The position numbers and the translations under genes are program-made. From Escherichia phage vB_EcoM_CRJP21: a DNA stretch of 64,000 nucleotides. The notes under the pieces were generated by a model. That model ran no database searches, had not been told where the DNA came from, and was given only the letters and a program-made list of their open reading frames with translations. Positions 61,632-64,000 of the stretch are shown here, in pieces. Location: sequence record OQ708376.1, one strand, 5' to 3'. Within the stretch, counting starts at the first letter, position 1. Every line of letters starts with the position of its first letter.

Positions 61632-63596
61632 ATGGCTAAGAAAGAAAGTGCTGTTCTACAGGAACATGATGTTCAACGACTAAATGATTATCAACATGCT
61701 CGTTTGCGTACCGAGATGTATCTTGGTTCTCGTTCAGTGCATGAAAGTCAAGTACTGATTTTTGGCGAATCAGGTTATGAGGTTAAGAACGTAGAATGGG
61801 TTCCTGCAATTCTTACTGCTACACGTGAAATTATTGATAACAGCTTAGATGAATTTAAAAAAGCTGGAACCAAAGAACCTGTTTTGAAAGTTGATTTCAA
61901 TGAAGAAGAACTATCATTTGACATTAGTGACAATGGACGTGGTATTCCAATTGATTATGTTCCAGAGTATCAAAAAAACTTGTGTACTATGGTAATGACT
62001 GAAACAAAAACAGGCCGTAACTTTGACGATTCAAAACGTGATGAAACGATTGGTCAGAATGGTTTAGGTGGTTCTGTTGCAATGATTGTCAGTTCTAAGG
62101 CAGAGTTAGAAATTCATCGCCAAGGTCGTCCGTATAAAACACAAAGTAGTAATGATGGTTATGATGGGTTTTATAAGTTCAATCAGAAGTTTGAGGAAGG
62201 AACTATTATGTTCCCTGAGCTTCATGTACACGAACCTACTATTAGAAAGGTACAAACCGATAAAACTGGAACAACAATTCGTTTTACTTTGAGTAAAGAA
62301 GTTTTTCCAAACAGAAAACTACCAACCGAATTACTTTATAGTATTCTTAAAGAAATGGCAGCAGCTAACCCAACTTATAAAATCTTTCTGAACGGGAAAC
62401 GTATTGCTATTAAAGGAAACACTGAAAAAGCACTCTTCAATGCATCTAAATTAATGCAGTTGAATGTTAAAGATGATTCATTCAATTTTAACAGTACTTT
62501 TTATATTGTTCCTAATGCAGTAGCTGGCATGAACACGAATTTCCATATGCATGGGTTGGTTAACAATGCTCCTGCATTTGATGGTGGTACACATCTTGAT
62601 ACATTCAAGAAATTCTTCTCACTCGGTGTAGGAACTGCACTAGAGAAAGAATCTAAGAAACGTAGGATGAAACCTAATCGTTCTGATATTGAAGAAGGTT
62701 TGTTGATTTATAATGTCACAACTATGAAAGCACCTTCATTCAACTCACAGATTAAATCTAAACTAACTAATGAAAACGTAATCCGTCCAATTCAACAAGC
62801 TATGAGTACCGAATGGTTTGATGAATTAGTTAAGAAGAACAAAGAATGGGTTGATGAAATCTTCGAACGTTGTGCTGCCCGTACAAATAAGAAAGATGCA
62901 GAAGAAGATCGTCGCCTAGCAAAGAAACTTCTAAAAGGTAAAGTTGCAAAACTATTGGATAGTACTGGAACAGACCGTTCACAGTGTATTCTATTGATTG
63001 CAGAAGGTGACTCTGCAATTTCCAACATGGCTAGTGCTCGTATACCAAGTATTCATGGTATTCTACCATTGCGTGGGAAAATTATGAACGTCAGTGGTAC
63101 TGAGAAAACCAAAGAATTAATGGATTCAATGGCTTTACATGATATAATGGCTAGTATCAACTTAGTTCCAGGTGTTAAAGCAGAACGTTCTGAACTAAAC
63201 TATGGTAAGCTTTACATCTGTGCTGATGAAGATGAAGATGGGAAGAACATTGGTGCTCTAGTGTGTAACTTCTTATTTAAATTCTGGCCTGAATTGTTTC
63301 AAGACCCAGAAAATCCATTTGTGTATGTATTCAAAACACCATTTATCATTCTTGAGAAAGGTAAAGAATCAAAATACTACTATGGTCATAATGTGCATGA
63401 ATATAACCCAGATGATTGGAAAGGCTGGAAAGCAACGCGTGCAAAAGGTTTAGGAACTTTAGAAAAAGCAAACTTCCGTGATGCATTCACTAATAGTGTT
63501 GCAGTAGCGATCACCGATGATGGCCGTCTTGGTGAAACTCTTGATTTGATTTTCAACAAGAAACGTGCAGATGATCGTAAGAACTGGATGGAATAA
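61632..63596 (+). CDS. DNA topoisomerase II large subunit (GyrB-like ATPase + TOPRIM; T4 gp39-like)
   Basis: GHKL motifs EIIDNSLDE and DNGRGIP; TOPRIM LLIAEGDSA and ICADEDEDGKNIG. Confidence 0.9.
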   Translation: MAKKESAVLQEHDVQRLNDYQHARLRTEMYLGSRSVHESQVLIFGESGYEVKNVEWVPAILTATREIIDNSLDEFKKAGTKEPVLKVDFNEEELSFDISDNGRGIPIDYVPEYQKNLCTMVMTETKTGRNFDDSKRDETIGQNGLGGSVAMIVSSKAELEIHRQGRPYKTQSSNDGYDGFYKFNQKFEEGTIMFPELHVHEPTIRKVQTDKTGTTIRFTLSKEVFPNRKLPTELLYSILKEMAAANPTYKIFLNGKRIAIKGNTEKALFNASKLMQLNVKDDSFNFNSTFYIVPNAVAGMNTNFHMHGLVNNAPAFDGGTHLDTFKKFFSLGVGTALEKESKKRRMKPNRSDIEEGLLIYNVTTMKAPSFNSQIKSKLTNENVIRPIQQAMSTEWFDELVKKNKEWVDEIFERCAARTNKKDAEEDRRLAKKLLKGKVAKLLDSTGTDRSQCILLIAEGDSAISNMASARIPSIHGILPLRGKIMNVSGTEKTKELMDSMALHDIMASINLVPGVKAERSELNYGKLYICADEDEDGKNIGALVCNFLFKFWPELFQDPENPFVYVFKTPFIILEKGKESKYYYGHNVHEYNPDDWKGWKATRAKGLGTLEKANFRDAFTNSVAVAITDDGRLGETLDLIFNKKRADDRKNWME

Positions 63597-63606
63597 TATA
63601 GACTAA

Positions 63607-63630
63607 TGGGGAACATGGTGTTCCCCTTTT
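63607..63630 (+). terminator. Rho-independent terminator (second copy of GGGGAACA...TGTTCCCC palindrome)
   Basis: ggggaaca-tgg-tgttcccc followed by TTTT. Confidence 0.65.
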
Positions 63631-63646
63631 ACCAAGAGACAATGGA

Positions 63647-64000
63647 ATGGCTAAAAGTAAAAAAACAGAAAATCATAATATCGATAACCAAACACTAACT
63701 CTACTAGATTATAACAGTTCTGATTATGTGAATACAACATCACTAGAATATTCGATGTATACACTAGACCGTGCTATTCCTGGAATTGATGGTCTAAAGA
63801 GTTCACAACGTAAAGCAATCTTCACATTATCTAAAATTAGTGGGGAAATTAAAACAGTATCATGTGCTGGAAAAATGATTAGTGATGGTATCTATCTTCA
63901 TGGGGACACGTCAGCATCAGGAACACTTCAAAATCTAGCATCTCCAGTAGCTAACAACTATCCTCTTATTGGAAAACGTGGTGGTTTTGGTACACAAGTA
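63647..64000 (+). CDS. DNA topoisomerase II DNA-breakage/reunion subunit (GyrA-like; T4 gp52-like), 3' end beyond window
   Basis: YSMYTLDRAIPGIDGLKSSQRKAIF...HGDTSASGTLQNLA...NYPLIGKRGGFGTQ matches the GyrA/ParC N-terminal region; ORF open at window end. Confidence 0.85.
   Translation, partial: MAKSKKTENHNIDNQTLTLLDYNSSDYVNTTSLEYSMYTLDRAIPGIDGLKSSQRKAIFTLSKISGEIKTVSCAGKMISDGIYLHGDTSASGTLQNLASPVANNYPLIGKRGGFGTQV

Overview
This 64-kb window reads as part of an AT-rich, distantly T4-like lytic phage genome. Almost all genes are on the + strand, tightly packed, with SD-type ribosome-binding sites and many hairpin+T-run terminators; there are three short minus-strand islands. All homology calls are from manual motif comparison to remembered reference sequences (T4, E. 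coli), not from database searches. Modules recognised: recombination/repair (gp46-like ATPase, endonuclease VII, UvsX, possible UvsY, UvsW, DEDDh exonuclease, FEN-type RNase H, PD-(D/E)xK nuclease); head morphogenesis (portal gp20, acidic core protein, protease gp21, scaffold gp22-like, major capsid gp23); packaging (large terminase); tail fiber plus Tfa-type assembly protein; replication (family B DNA polymerase, gp45-like clamp, gp32-like SSB, gp61 primase, gp41 helicase, Dda-like helicase, topoisomerase II); nucleotide metabolism (NrdA, NrdB, DHFR, RNase HI, MazG-like); lysis (T-type holin plus a frameshifted paralog). The most unusual content is (i) an IF-3 homolog and a ClpS-like adaptor in a self-contained unit with a consensus sigma70 promoter and strong terminator, (ii) an ~840-bp ORF-free locus with its own promoter and terminator (candidate ncRNA or replication origin), (iii) the duplicated holin locus, (iv) a zinc-ribbon/T5orf172 insertion behind the capsid gene, and (v) recurrent promoter and leader motifs. 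No tRNA, rRNA, CRISPR array, integrase or transposase was recognised.
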